Source of the DNA: a virus | Taxonomy: Duplodnaviria; Heunggongvirae; Uroviricota; Caudoviricetes | Reading direction: 5' to 3' (one strand) | IMG/VR virus record: IMGVR_UViG_3300028666_000001 | Location: 1-64,000 of that record | Length of the DNA: 64,000 bases | Shown here: positions 1 to 9,767 of the stretch, piece by piece | How the letters are laid out: the number at the start of each line of letters is the position of its first letter | How positions within the stretch are numbered: the first letter of the stretch is position 1 | Program-made: the position numbers and the translations under genes | The notes under the pieces: generated by a model | Told to the model about the DNA's origin: nothing | Database searches by the model: none | What the model saw: the letters and a program-made list of their open reading frames with translations, nothing else

Positions 1-2
1 GA

Positions 3-260
3 GAACGTGGTATCTTCCAGATCATGCCAGATGAGTTTAGGGACTTTGATATTCATAAGAATTACTATAATGTAGACGTTAACACCTTGATGGCCTTTCG
101 AGTACTGCAATCCAAGTACAAGCAATATCCAGACTACAAGACGGCTATCATGGCCTATAATGGCTTGATAAAATTTAAGAATGGGCATTATTCGCAGAAG
201 TATTGGAAGAATTTTGAGAAGCGCAAGATTGCAGTAGATCTGGTATTAGCAGGACAATAA
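3..260 (+). CDS. lytic transglycosylase (SLT-domain) C-terminal fragment; ORF open to window start
   Basis: frame open from nt 3; GIFQIMPDEF and AIMAYNGL resemble SLT catalytic GLMQIMP..AYNAG motifs. Confidence 0.5.
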   Translation, partial: ERGIFQIMPDEFRDFDIHKNYYNVDVNTLMAFRVLQSKYKQYPDYKTAIMAYNGLIKFKNGHYSQKYWKNFEKRKIAVDLVLAGQ

Positions 261-270
261 AAAGGAATGG

Positions 271-807
271 ATGACAACATTTAGTTTGTCTGTATTATTT
301 TTAAGTATTGGTATTGTAGAATGGTATCTAGATACCTGGGAGAAATTGGTATCAGCTCGTCTTAAGTTCTGGGCTACTCTAGTATACAGTACTTTAAATC
401 AAGTCATTGACTTCTTCATGTATGTGTTCCTTTTCAGCATTCTTATCCAATTCTGGGAGACATGGCATAATGGTGTTCATGACTATTATAAATTGATCCC
501 ATATATTCTCTACACTATTGGTAAGATCCTTGGGACGGTATTAGCTACATGGTTGTATGCCAGGAATAAAAAGCAGCGTGATAAAGCTCGTGCTGTAGAT
601 ATTCTAGCTACTTCTAATAAAGCAAAGAAGAAACGAGGAAAACGAAAGTTAAGTAAAAAAACTCACTCAGTAGAAGTAGGACACCTGTTTGATTCAGTAG
701 AGACAGAAGATTTGAAAGATGAGATTAAGGCTCAAGTGGTAGAAAATGTGTCACAGAAGATCAGTGACAAGGTTGATGAAGCATTGAACCAGGAGACTAA
801 TTCATGA
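271..807 (+). CDS. membrane protein with 3-4 TM segments and long charged C-tail (holin-like?)
   Basis: hydrophobic N-terminal half, K/R/E-rich tail; follows SLT-domain gene. Confidence 0.4.
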   Translation: MTTFSLSVLFLSIGIVEWYLDTWEKLVSARLKFWATLVYSTLNQVIDFFMYVFLFSILIQFWETWHNGVHDYYKLIPYILYTIGKILGTVLATWLYARNKKQRDKARAVDILATSNKAKKKRGKRKLSKKTHSVEVGHLFDSVETEDLKDEIKAQVVENVSQKISDKVDEALNQETNS

Positions 808-1289
808 GTCTTACACGAATACAAAAAACTTTTGTAAGATTGGCAGCTCATAAATGGGGCCAAATGAGTAGTTATAGAACTAAAAGATATAGATTAGGTA
901 AATATCAACCTTCTAAAGCTAAAGTTAAAGTTGAGGTAATTGATGCAGTAACAGGTGAGAAAACATTTGGCAAAGCATCCGATGAATCAGCGGCTAAGCT
1001 CCGTAAGTGGCTAAAACTAAGAAATATTCGTGCTGAGTTTACTGATGTACTTCTTAAGAAGAAGTCTACATGGCTCAAATTGAGCGAGATGGAGTTTATC
1101 GACTATCCCGTAATAATTAAAGTAGGTTCCTATAAAGCTCCTTATTTAATTAAGCGTGTCCAGGATCGAGTTACCTATAGGGGTAAGACCACAATTAGTA
1201 TTCAACTGGAGACAACAAATAATATTGATTACTTGGGAATTTTAAGTGCAAAGAAGGAATTATTAGAAAAGAAAAAAGGATCTAAATGA
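804..1289 (+). CDS. hypothetical protein
   Basis: 161 aa ORF, start overlaps upstream stop (ATGA). Confidence 0.4.
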   Translation: MSLTRIQKTFVRLAAHKWGQMSSYRTKRYRLGKYQPSKAKVKVEVIDAVTGEKTFGKASDESAAKLRKWLKLRNIRAEFTDVLLKKKSTWLKLSEMEFIDYPVIIKVGSYKAPYLIKRVQDRVTYRGKTTISIQLETTNNIDYLGILSAKKELLEKKKGSK

Positions 1290-2416
1290 CTCCTGAACAG
1301 TATATAAAAACTCACGATCTGTGGGATCTTGAACGTTTGAAGCAACATGCTCAACATAACAATGTCTATGTGATTCAGTCGGAACGAATCCCCGATGTTG
1401 TCATGCTTCATTACATGGATGCAGTGCAGTATGATAACCTATGGGGCACATTCAATCGTATGTGTCGTGGACTCATTCTTGATATGAAGAATAGAAAGGT
1501 CCTTGCCTATCCCTTTGATAAGTTTTTTAACCTAGGGCAGATGTTAGAGACAAGCTATGATAGTCTCTCTGAGCTTGGTGGATTTGAAACCAGCGAGAAG
1601 CTTGATGGTAGCATGATTATTGGGTTCATTAATCCAAATAATGATAAGCTTACTTTTACCACTAAAGGCTCATTTGACTCTGAGCATGGGGCTTATGCTA
1701 ATACGTTTCCTTTATCTTTCAAACAACAAACAGTACTAAGAGCATTGGCTACTAAGGGAACATTGATGTTTGAGCTAATTGCTAAACCTTTTCAAATTGT
1801 TGTAGATTATAAAAAGAAAGGTTATGCTGAGGGATTGTATCTAATTGGTTTTAGGCATGAAATTTCAGATAAGCTTGCTTCTTTTGCATCTTTGAAGGAG
1901 ATAGCAGAAGAAATAAACTTACCTACTTTCAAGACCTATTCATTTAATGGCTTAGACCAGCTTATTGCTTTGGCAAAGGATCTACCAGTGCTTGAGGAAG
2001 GCTTTGTCCTGCGCTTTCCAGGTGATATTATGGTCAAAGTGAAGGGAAGTGCTTATCTGGCAGCTCATCGGTTTATAAGCCATTTGAGTGATAGGAACAT
2101 TCTACAGGCTGTGGCTGATGGGACAGCTTCAAACTTAGCTACTCTAGCTCCTGAAGAGTATCGGCAGGATGTACTAGATAAGATTACTCACTTCCAGAAA
2201 CGGGTAGCGGAATTAGAGAAGATATGCTATACTTATTATGAGAGATCACCAAAGGAAAGCTCAAGAAAGGACTTTGCTGCTTGGGTACAGGATAGTGTTC
2301 CTCCACATTTTAAAGGATTTTTGTTCCAATTATTAGATGGAAAAGTGGTTGATCGAAAAAGATTTTATAAAGTACTTGAAGAAATTGATAAGATAGATGG
2401 TAAAACGAGAATTTAA
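1286..2416 (+). CDS. rnlA: RNA ligase 1 family (T4 RnlA-like)
   Basis: CRGLILDM..YPFDKFFNLGQ..EKLDGSMIIGF matches T4 Rnl1 ECRGIMFE..PMEKFFNLNE..KEDGSL (motif I KxDG). Confidence 0.85.
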   Translation: MTPEQYIKTHDLWDLERLKQHAQHNNVYVIQSERIPDVVMLHYMDAVQYDNLWGTFNRMCRGLILDMKNRKVLAYPFDKFFNLGQMLETSYDSLSELGGFETSEKLDGSMIIGFINPNNDKLTFTTKGSFDSEHGAYANTFPLSFKQQTVLRALATKGTLMFELIAKPFQIVVDYKKKGYAEGLYLIGFRHEISDKLASFASLKEIAEEINLPTFKTYSFNGLDQLIALAKDLPVLEEGFVLRFPGDIMVKVKGSAYLAAHRFISHLSDRNILQAVADGTASNLATLAPEEYRQDVLDKITHFQKRVAELEKICYTYYERSPKESSRKDFAAWVQDSVPPHFKGFLFQLLDGKVVDRKRFYKVLEEIDKIDGKTRI

Positions 2417-2418
2417 TT

Positions 2419-2991
2419 ATGCCTTGGAAAGATCCTGAGCAAGCAAAATTGCATAAGAAGGAATATAGAAAACGAACTATAGCTCATATTAAGAAGTATA
2501 GGAAAGAATATCGTTTAAAAAATGGTGAAAAACTTCGTGCTAAAGCAAGGGAATACTACCAAGAACATAAGGATCAAATTATTGCACGAGCAGCTGAATG
2601 GTTAGAAAATAATCGAGAAAGAGCTAATAAATCTATGATAGCTTCTTATGGTAAAAGGTTAAAAGTAGATCCAAAATTGCAATTAAAAAATAGAATTAGA
2701 AGTCGTATTAAAAAAGCGATAAAAGGTAACTATAAAAAAGGTTCTGCATTACAGGAACTTGGGTGTTCTATAGAATTTTTAAAAGACCATATAGCTTCTA
2801 AATTCTATGATGGGATGTCCTGGAGTAATTCTGGTTTGGTATGGGAACTAGATCATATTGTTCCACTAGCTAACTTTGATTTAACTGATCCTGCTCAGTT
2901 TAGAACAGCAGTACACTATACAAACTTGCAACCTTTAACTATTAAAGATCATAGATTAAAAACCAAATTTGAACGAAAAGAGAGGTTATAA
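2419..2991 (+). CDS. HNH-type endonuclease, paralog 1 of 3 (basic N-terminus)
   Basis: WELDHIVPL..HYTNLQPL..K motif; paralogous to 24429 and 52398 genes. Confidence 0.6.
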   Translation: MPWKDPEQAKLHKKEYRKRTIAHIKKYRKEYRLKNGEKLRAKAREYYQEHKDQIIARAAEWLENNRERANKSMIASYGKRLKVDPKLQLKNRIRSRIKKAIKGNYKKGSALQELGCSIEFLKDHIASKFYDGMSWSNSGLVWELDHIVPLANFDLTDPAQFRTAVHYTNLQPLTIKDHRLKTKFERKERL

Positions 2992-3362
2992 TGTCTAATC
3001 GTAAATTCTTGCTTGGCATATTGGTTGGTCAGTTGATCATGTTTCCATATATTAGACACTTAATTGCTACACCACGCATTGAGGCATTGACAATTCCTAG
3101 CAGGTATTATGATTTTAGTGAGACACATCATGTGCAGATCAAGCATCTCCCTAATCGATACCATTTAGGTGGGGATACATTGAATATCTATATTGCTTCT
3201 GAGTCTAATGTCAATGCAGAGCACCATAAAGAGTTTCCAACAGATAAGTCAGTTGTTGAAGGATTCACTAATTATAGAACAAATACTATCTGGTGTATCT
3301 ATGACCCATTGGTATTGCATCATGAGATACGACATGTTACTGAAGGAGATTATCATCGATGA
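2991..3362 (+). CDS. hypothetical protein with HExxH motif and N-terminal hydrophobic segment
   Basis: HEIRHVTEGDYH near C-terminus; weak metalloprotease-like signature. Confidence 0.35.
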   Translation: MSNRKFLLGILVGQLIMFPYIRHLIATPRIEALTIPSRYYDFSETHHVQIKHLPNRYHLGGDTLNIYIASESNVNAEHHKEFPTDKSVVEGFTNYRTNTIWCIYDPLVLHHEIRHVTEGDYHR

Positions 3363-3756
3363 AATCATCAACGTTTAGTTATATCCTATGTGGGTTGTCA
3401 TTGTTTGCAGCTCTTGTTTCAGCATTAACACATCAATTGGCATGGTTATTTATTAATTTCTTTTTCGCTGTATACAATTGGTACATAGCAGGATGGAAGA
3501 GGAGACTTGAAGATGAAGCCAACGGAGAATCAGACGATACAGAAACAAAAGAGTAAGCTTTACGTTCTTTGTTTGCAATCAGAAGATGGTAAGATAGAAC
3601 GCATTTTTACAGGAAACGATTACGATCAGTTGTGGCTACAAGGAAGTACAGAGTCAAAAGCCATTGGTGGGTTTTGGTCAACCTATGATGTCCAGGGCAG
3701 ATTCATTGATGGGAATTATAGAAGTAAAGTAACTAAATAACTTAAGGAGAACTAAA

Positions 3757-4113
3757 ATGCCAGAGAATCCATTAAATCCACAAGCACCAAAACCATACGA
3801 AGGTGTAAAGCCTTGGGTACGTGATATGGTTACAGATAAACCAGGAGCACCAGGACTTGGAGCACCAGCTGCAAAGCCAGTGGTTCCAGGACTTGGAGCA
3901 CCAGTATTGGATAAACCAGTAGTTCCACCAGTTGCTGCGCCAGCTGTTGCCCCATTGCTTGACAAGCCATTGCTTGATAAACCAGTAGTTCCAGGAGCAA
4001 AACCAGTAGTTCCACCAGTGCTTGATGAGAAGCCAGCTGCTGCAGTTCCTGCTGCTACAACACCAGCACCTGCAGCAACAGTAACACCAACACCTCCCCC
4101 AGCCTCAAAGTAG
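3757..4113 (+). CDS. proline-rich tandem-repeat protein (KPVVPGLGAP repeats)
   Basis: strong RBS AAGGAGAACTAAAATG; repetitive KPVVP/GLGAP units; reverse-strand shadow ORFs. Confidence 0.45.
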   Translation: MPENPLNPQAPKPYEGVKPWVRDMVTDKPGAPGLGAPAAKPVVPGLGAPVLDKPVVPPVAAPAVAPLLDKPLLDKPVVPGAKPVVPPVLDEKPAAAVPAATTPAPAATVTPTPPPASK

Positions 4114-4145
4114 TTTAGGAGGTCAGTTAAAGGAGATCCATAGGT

Positions 4146-4655
4146 ATGAGTTGCAGAGTATACCTCAGTGGAAAAATGTCTAACCGTTACGTTGAGGATG
4201 TTAAGTCCGAGCGTAGACGAGCAACAGAAGAGTTAGCAAAGTATCAGATGAGGGCTGTAGATCCTGCAGCTGCTGAAGAGAAGTTGTGGCCTAATAAAAA
4301 GAAAGCAAAAATCTCTTCAACATTTAAGCGCAAGATTATGGAGATCATGGTTTGGCATGATCTTTGGCTCATTAGGCGTTGTGATGTAATGCTCGTTCTT
4401 ACAGGTGATGTGGTATCAGAGGGTACATTGTTAGAGTGGCGTTACGCTCAAAACATTGGTATCCCTGTTATTATGATTGCGCCTGAGAGAATGAAAGGAA
4501 ACTTTATGGGTTGGGTAAATATTCTAATACCCCAAGACCATACATTTCCAGACCTTAAATCAGCGGCTAGATTCATACACAAAAAGTATGCTAAAGAATA
4601 TGCAAAGCACCATGAGTACTTTGCAGCTGCTATTAAGAATCGCAGAGTAAGATAG
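4146..4655 (+). CDS. nucleoside 2-deoxyribosyltransferase-like protein
   Basis: VYLSGKM and DVMLVLTGDVVSEGTLLEWRYAQNIGIPVIMI resemble the deoxyribosyltransferase fold motifs. Confidence 0.45.
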   Translation: MSCRVYLSGKMSNRYVEDVKSERRRATEELAKYQMRAVDPAAAEEKLWPNKKKAKISSTFKRKIMEIMVWHDLWLIRRCDVMLVLTGDVVSEGTLLEWRYAQNIGIPVIMIAPERMKGNFMGWVNILIPQDHTFPDLKSAARFIHKKYAKEYAKHHEYFAAAIKNRRVR

Positions 4656-4658
4656 CCA

Positions 4659-4687
4659 TTGACAGGTTATCTTACTTCTGCTATACT
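4659..4687 (+). promoter_or_regulatory. sigma70-type promoter TTGACA-N17-TATACT
   Basis: exact hexamers read in sequence. Confidence 0.55.
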
Positions 4688-4704
4688 TAAATAAAGGAGA
4701 TAAA

Positions 4705-4809
4705 ATGTTAAATCCAATTGACGCTGCTGCAACAGTTACTACTATTGCTATGTGGATTGTTTCTATATGCACATTCTTTGGGGTATTGGCAGCTATTCTT
4801 ATAAACTAA
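4705..4809 (+). CDS. small hydrophobic peptide (34 aa)
   Basis: AAGGAGATAAAATG RBS immediately after promoter at 4659. Confidence 0.3.
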   Translation: MLNPIDAAATVTTIAMWIVSICTFFGVLAAILIN

Positions 4810-4813
4810 TAAA

Positions 4814-5275
4814 ATGACATTTGATCCAGATTTAGTTCGAGTTGACCTAATGCTAGTAAAGCGTAAGCTGTATATAAGGCATCCTGAAGGTTCACCAGAA
4901 CGTAAGGCATTTTTGCTTGCTTCTAAACTTTCAGAGCTTACTCATTTACAGAAGCTTGTTGATCCTTTAGTCACGGAAATGATTTTTAATGAATATAATA
5001 GTCAATTAAAAAATGAAGTTATTAATATTATATTGAGTATTGGTCTTGGAGCTTGCTTATCTGTGATGCTGTATGCATACCATCAATTGCATCCTACTAA
5101 TCTTTGGCTATGTTTCTATTTGACTCCAATAATCACAGGAACTTTATTTGCTTCCAGTCATGTATTCCACATGATTGATCGTTGGAAACATTTTCAACCC
5201 TTTAAAGAAGACTATGAAACTCTTTGTAAACAGATTGAGAAACTAACAAATGAAATAAAGGATTTTGCGAAATGA
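4814..5275 (+). CDS. membrane protein
   Basis: two to three predicted TM segments in C-terminal half. Confidence 0.4.
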   Translation: MTFDPDLVRVDLMLVKRKLYIRHPEGSPERKAFLLASKLSELTHLQKLVDPLVTEMIFNEYNSQLKNEVINIILSIGLGACLSVMLYAYHQLHPTNLWLCFYLTPIITGTLFASSHVFHMIDRWKHFQPFKEDYETLCKQIEKLTNEIKDFAK

Positions 5276-6474
5276 GCATTCAAGCATTTCATGATGCTAT
5301 AGTTAATCTGCAGCCAGTGGATCTTTTCCAATATGAGGATGAGATCCCTGAGTTCAAGCTGCTCCATGGCTGTGAACAAAGTCCTGAACATCATGCAGAG
5401 GGAAATGTTCTAATCCATTGTAACATGGCAGGTCAAATAGTTCTTCAGCTTATAGAGGCTGAGAACATTAAAGAAGAATATAAAGTCCTTCTTTATATTG
5501 CCACCATCCTACATGATATTGGTAAACCCTGCACGAGTGTCTTCAATGCAAAGAAAAATAAGATCACTGCATATGGGCATGATGATGCGGGAGTTCCCAT
5601 TGCTAATGAATTTCTTAAGAAGTATTTTCCTGAGTTCCATTATAAGCAGCGTGAATTAGTCTGTAGACTGATTGAACAACACATGCATCCTCGTATGTGG
5701 ATCAAAGATGGTACAGCTACAGTCATAAAGCTAAAGATGCTATCTCTCACTGTGAACACAAAGCTTCTTTATGTTCTATCACAAGCTGATACCCTGGGGC
5801 GAACAGCTAAAGATATGAATGCAAGTATGTCCTTGCTTGAATTGTTTAAACAAAATTGTGAAGACTTAGGCATATGGGATAGACCCTATCGTGTCCCTCT
5901 TGCTACTCATTTGGATAATGCTTCATACTCTCTTGCTAGATGGAATATTCTTATGCATAAGGCCCCAGAAGATTTGGATACTTACGATGCTGCTGTTGAG
6001 ATTATGGTCCAACCTCCTAAACCTAATTTCCAATTGATGGTCTTGATTGGGGCTCCAGGCTCAGGTAAGTCTACAGTTCGTGAACAGTTGGTTGCAAAGT
6101 ATCCTGGTATTAAGGTTATCAGCATGGATGAAAGACGTAAAGAGCTTACGGGTGATGCTAACAATCAGTCACGTAACAATGAAGTGTTTGGTTGGCAGCA
6201 AAAAGAGTTGAGGAAAGCCATGGAAGCGAGACAGAATACTATTGTAGATGCCACAAATACTAGTCGTAAATTGCGTAGAGTTCTTTGGGATATAGCTCGT
6301 GAGAATGGGGCTCTTTGTAGTGCTATCTATTTCGATTTGCCTTTAGCTGTGTTGCTTGAGCGTAATGCATCCAGGGAGAAGAGAGTTCCAGATAGTGTTG
6401 TGGAACGCTTCTATAATACAATGCAATCTGTATGTCCCTGGGAGGCAGACTTAGTTCAAGTTATCGATAAGTAA
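5272..6474 (+). CDS. pnk: HD-domain phosphohydrolase fused to polynucleotide 5'-kinase (Pnk) domain
   Basis: N-term H..HD (ILHDIGKP); C-term VLIGAPGSGKST..DATNTSRKLRRVLWDIARENG aligns with T4 Pnk kinase ILTIGCPGSGKST..SDTNLNPERR. Confidence 0.8.
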   Translation: MSIQAFHDAIVNLQPVDLFQYEDEIPEFKLLHGCEQSPEHHAEGNVLIHCNMAGQIVLQLIEAENIKEEYKVLLYIATILHDIGKPCTSVFNAKKNKITAYGHDDAGVPIANEFLKKYFPEFHYKQRELVCRLIEQHMHPRMWIKDGTATVIKLKMLSLTVNTKLLYVLSQADTLGRTAKDMNASMSLLELFKQNCEDLGIWDRPYRVPLATHLDNASYSLARWNILMHKAPEDLDTYDAAVEIMVQPPKPNFQLMVLIGAPGSGKSTVREQLVAKYPGIKVISMDERRKELTGDANNQSRNNEVFGWQQKELRKAMEARQNTIVDATNTSRKLRRVLWDIARENGALCSAIYFDLPLAVLLERNASREKRVPDSVVERFYNTMQSVCPWEADLVQVIDK

Positions 6475-6475
6475 C

Positions 6476-6676
6476 GTGCGAAACGTCCTGCTTCTACTAC
6501 TCATTTTTGCTGTATCCTTCCTAATCGCTGCTTGTGCTACCATTGAACCTGATGATGGTAGACATCTTACTCCACCTACATTCCACTGGCATGACTACAC
6601 ACCTAAAACATCTCTAGATTTCGATATGAATATTTCTGGAGACACAATAAAGATTTCCCTTGACAGAAGTAGATAA
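6476..6676 (+). CDS. small lipoprotein/secreted peptide
   Basis: signal peptide with LIAAC lipobox-like. Confidence 0.35.
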   Translation: MRNVLLLLLIFAVSFLIAACATIEPDDGRHLTPPTFHWHDYTPKTSLDFDMNISGDTIKISLDRSR

Positions 6677-6688
6677 GTATGTTATACT
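6660..6688 (+). promoter_or_regulatory. sigma70-type promoter TTGACA-N17-TATACT, spacer GAAGTAGATAAGTATGT
   Basis: near-identical 34-nt copy at 14282. Confidence 0.6.
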
Positions 6689-6715
6689 TATTATATGAAA
6701 GGGAGGAACAAACAA

Positions 6716-6994
6716 ATGGCTCAACTCAAAGCAGTGAAGCGTGGAAACGATTACTATTGTCAGTGTGGTGAAATGCTTTCCGTTGGTGGTTGGGGTCGTC
6801 GTCGTATTCCTCTAGGATTTGGATTTGCTGGCAAAGGATTCCAAGTTGATTTCGTCGAGATCAAGACAGTCATGGGGTATTGCTTTAAATGTAAGACTGA
6901 TGGACACTTTGACCTACCTAGTCGTAAGCCTAAGATCGTTACCCGCTATCCTCGTAAAATCAATAACAAAATAAATGCTGCAGGGAGGGTGTAA
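6716..6994 (+). CDS. hypothetical Zn-ribbon protein
   Basis: GGGAGG RBS 9 nt upstream of ATG 6716; promoter at 6660. Confidence 0.45.
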   Translation: MAQLKAVKRGNDYYCQCGEMLSVGGWGRRRIPLGFGFAGKGFQVDFVEIKTVMGYCFKCKTDGHFDLPSRKPKIVTRYPRKINNKINAAGRV

Positions 6995-7347
6995 TGTCTA
7001 AATTAAACGCCTATGGAGTGGCTGTTGATGTCGAGTTATTTGATCTAATCGAACTGTCTTATAAGTATAAAAGCTATAGCAAACAGTTCATTAAACGGGT
7101 CACTAAGTTCATTCTGAATACTGATCACATTTCAGGTTGCTTATTGATCCAAGCTACAACCATTAATTTGGTTAGTAAACTGGCAGAGAATGATGCTCTT
7201 TTAACCTATGTGGTTAAATTCATCAAAGTACATAGTGTGCCAAAGATTGATAAGATGCTTGCTGCACGTTATGGTGATGAGTTGCGCCGTTTAGAGCTGC
7301 GTATTCCTGCAGTTGATTATGCAAACGTTGTAAGATTGTTTCAATAA
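6994..7347 (+). CDS. hypothetical protein
   Basis: 117 aa ORF, ATGA-coupled to upstream gene. Confidence 0.4.
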   Translation: MSKLNAYGVAVDVELFDLIELSYKYKSYSKQFIKRVTKFILNTDHISGCLLIQATTINLVSKLAENDALLTYVVKFIKVHSVPKIDKMLAARYGDELRRLELRIPAVDYANVVRLFQ

Positions 7348-7353
7348 TAGCCC

Positions 7354-7382
7354 TTGACATTGTTACCTACTCATGCTATACT
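7354..7382 (+). promoter_or_regulatory. sigma70-type promoter TTGACA-N17-TATACT
   Basis: exact hexamers. Confidence 0.55.
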
Positions 7383-7388
7383 TATTTC

Positions 7389-7787
7389 ATGGAGGAAACA
7401 AAAATGAAAAATGATCAAGACACTGTGTTGTGGCTCTCTATACAAGATGCTCTTAATCTTTATCTTGAAGCGATCAAAGCTGATTACCTTCGTGGTTATC
7501 GTCCTGTGGCTAATGATTCTATTGCGGAGCAGATTCGTAATGAGTCTATCTATAATTTCTTCAAGGGCTTGACTTATGAAATTGGCAGCAAATATATCAA
7601 AGTTATTACAGCTCATGGACCTTCACGATCAGTTCATTCCTTTATTGTTCGTGAAGATGGCCCTAAGTTTAAGAAGGGTGATATCCTTAAGTCAGCTACC
7701 TGGAATGCTCCTGCTAAGAATCAGGCTCGTGGTAACATCTTTGGTCAATATCACATTAGTTGGACGGGTGCGGATTACCTTCGATGA
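7389..7787 (+). CDS. hypothetical protein
   Basis: GGAGG RBS, promoter at 7354. Confidence 0.45.
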   Translation: MEETKMKNDQDTVLWLSIQDALNLYLEAIKADYLRGYRPVANDSIAEQIRNESIYNFFKGLTYEIGSKYIKVITAHGPSRSVHSFIVREDGPKFKKGDILKSATWNAPAKNQARGNIFGQYHISWTGADYLR

Positions 7788-8008
7788 AAAAGCTTTCACT
7801 TTTAATTATTACCTTGGCCTTGATTGGTTGCCAGAAATGTAAGCGTGGTCATGTTGAAAGGGTCCATCATCCTGCTTGGGTGCAGATGATTACAACTTCC
7901 ATTAAGCCTTTGATTATGGTTCCTATTACACATCCAGCTTATGATGCTAATGAGTTTATGTGTGATGAATACTGTCAGAAAGGCGATACTTCAAAGGAGT
8001 GCAAATGA
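7784..8008 (+). CDS. lipoprotein
   Basis: MKKLSLLIITLALIGC lipobox. Confidence 0.45.
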   Translation: MKKLSLLIITLALIGCQKCKRGHVERVHHPAWVQMITTSIKPLIMVPITHPAYDANEFMCDEYCQKGDTSKECK

Positions 8009-8161
8009 TTGTTTACTTGGTTTGGGCTAATGAAGAGGATTGTGGCTCTGATAATTGTAGCTGCTATCCCAGGAGTTTAGATGGAATATTCACTACCAGG
8101 GAAGCAGCTGAAGCAGTTGCAAAGAGGCGTTGGGGTGGTCGTGTCGAAGAGCAAAAAGTCC

Positions 8162-8190
8162 TTGACAAGACTCCAAATTACTGATATACT
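8162..8190 (+). promoter_or_regulatory. sigma70-type promoter TTGACA-N17-TATACT
   Basis: exact hexamers; GGGAGG RBS downstream. Confidence 0.55.
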
Positions 8191-8212
8191 AAATTCATAA
8201 GGGAGGATTTAA

Positions 8213-8533
8213 ATGGCTAAAACTAATGCTCAGGCAGAATTGGAAAATCGTGGTATTGAACGGCTAGTTGAAACCAAAAGAATCATTGATACGTTCAATA
8301 AAGAAAATAAGAAAAGCGTTGTTGTACTGCGTCTCATTAATGAGGATACTTTGTCAGCAGCTTTTCAGATTCATTTCCGTTTCAAAGATAAATTTGTTGA
8401 TACTTCTATCTATGATCGAGGCAATGCAGTTATCTATCCTAGCGAGGAAGTCTATAAAGAGATTAAGCGTATCGCTGGCAAGCAAGAAGTGAATTGGAAT
8501 AACACAGCGTCAATTGGTTGGCTAAGCTTCTAA
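8213..8533 (+). CDS. hypothetical protein
   Basis: GGGAGG RBS; promoter at 8162. Confidence 0.45.
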   Translation: MAKTNAQAELENRGIERLVETKRIIDTFNKENKKSVVVLRLINEDTLSAAFQIHFRFKDKFVDTSIYDRGNAVIYPSEEVYKEIKRIAGKQEVNWNNTASIGWLSF

Positions 8534-8552
8534 TCCTGGGAGGGATAATCTA

Positions 8553-8828
8553 ATGGCTATCTGGAAACATCGTTTAGATCTTAAGACAGAATGGCAGTTA
8601 CGTGATGATGGTAAACTTACTGTTCAAGAGCTTGCTGCTAAGGTTGCATTGAAGCTTAAGAAAGTAGATTTCAAAGATGAAGATATCAACTTTGATCGAG
8701 ATGATATTGTTGATGAGTTCGAGGGTCTGTCAGAAGATTTGACAGTAGGAGTTGATGACTTCGATAGCGTGTTGGCCCGATTGTATGACTTCGCTGATGA
8801 GCATCGTTTATGGGTTGCAACATTCTAA
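8553..8828 (+). CDS. hypothetical acidic protein
   Basis: GGGAGG RBS. Confidence 0.4.
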   Translation: MAIWKHRLDLKTEWQLRDDGKLTVQELAAKVALKLKKVDFKDEDINFDRDDIVDEFEGLSEDLTVGVDDFDSVLARLYDFADEHRLWVATF

Positions 8829-9404
8829 TGAGTGAATATCAATTCATTGGGCTAGAAGATGAGATCATGTTGCGTCAATCTGTTCGTGCTGTGTTCAAGC
8901 ATGAGGGCTGGCCTGGGATCTTTAAGTGCATGGGAGAGTTGTCCCGTTCATTAGAGATTGTTGGTGAAGTGGCTCAAGAGATTGATGCTGAGCAGCGTAA
9001 GAACCAGGGAGGTATCTAATCATGGCATGGGATACACTCTTTAATGAATTTCCTTCGGAGGATCAGCAGGTATGGACTGGCAGAGGCTGGGCATGGTATC
9101 AGGCCCATCATGATCATGTAGAGAGTCTTATTAAAGAAGAAGATACTAGTTACTCACCTTCTGGTAGCGATTGTGGTAAGCCTGAACTATGGAAAGCTGG
9201 GCATTGGCGTTGGTTTTTTAAACTAGGGAGATAAAATGACAAAGAAATATAAGGTCTATGGACCCGTACAAGATGGGATGTTTACAGCATGGCAGGTTGT
9301 TGGTCCTCGTGGTGGGTTTGTTGCTGAGTTCTTCACTAAGAAGGCTGCGCTGGCATTCGTGAAGCATCGTAAGAATGTCACTATCATAAAGAAAGCAAAG
9401 GAGC

Positions 9405-9767
9405 TTGCCAGTGCGTCAAGATGATTTGACCCTGGAAGAACGTTTAGCTATCATCCGTAGTACAGCTGAGCCTATTAAAGAGCTTGCTCAGGTAAGTAAG
9501 GTTGCAGAGTTCTTATATAAGAATGCTTTTACCTTTACGCTTAATGCCAATGATACATTTGGTTGGGCTTGTGCTGATGCTGTTGATGTGGCTATTACAG
9601 ACTTGCCTAAGCTATTAGAGATGGATGAAAAGTTTGGCAATGATGGGATATGTGCTTTCATGGCACTCATTCGTGAAGAAGATGTGATGCCTGAAGCTCA
9701 AGGTGACAATTATAAAGCAGCGGTTGCATATTTAAAAGATTACTTGCCCTGTACTTGGGTGGGCTAA
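9405..9767 (+). CDS. hypothetical protein
   Basis: 120 aa ORF in coupled series. Confidence 0.35.
   Translation: MPVRQDDLTLEERLAIIRSTAEPIKELAQVSKVAEFLYKNAFTFTLNANDTFGWACADAVDVAITDLPKLLEMDEKFGNDGICAFMALIREEDVMPEAQGDNYKAAVAYLKDYLPCTWVG

Noticed and set aside
2991-3362. Small HExxH metalloprotease
   Set aside because: Only a single HEIRH motif with off-register third ligand. Too weak to call. Left as hypothetical.
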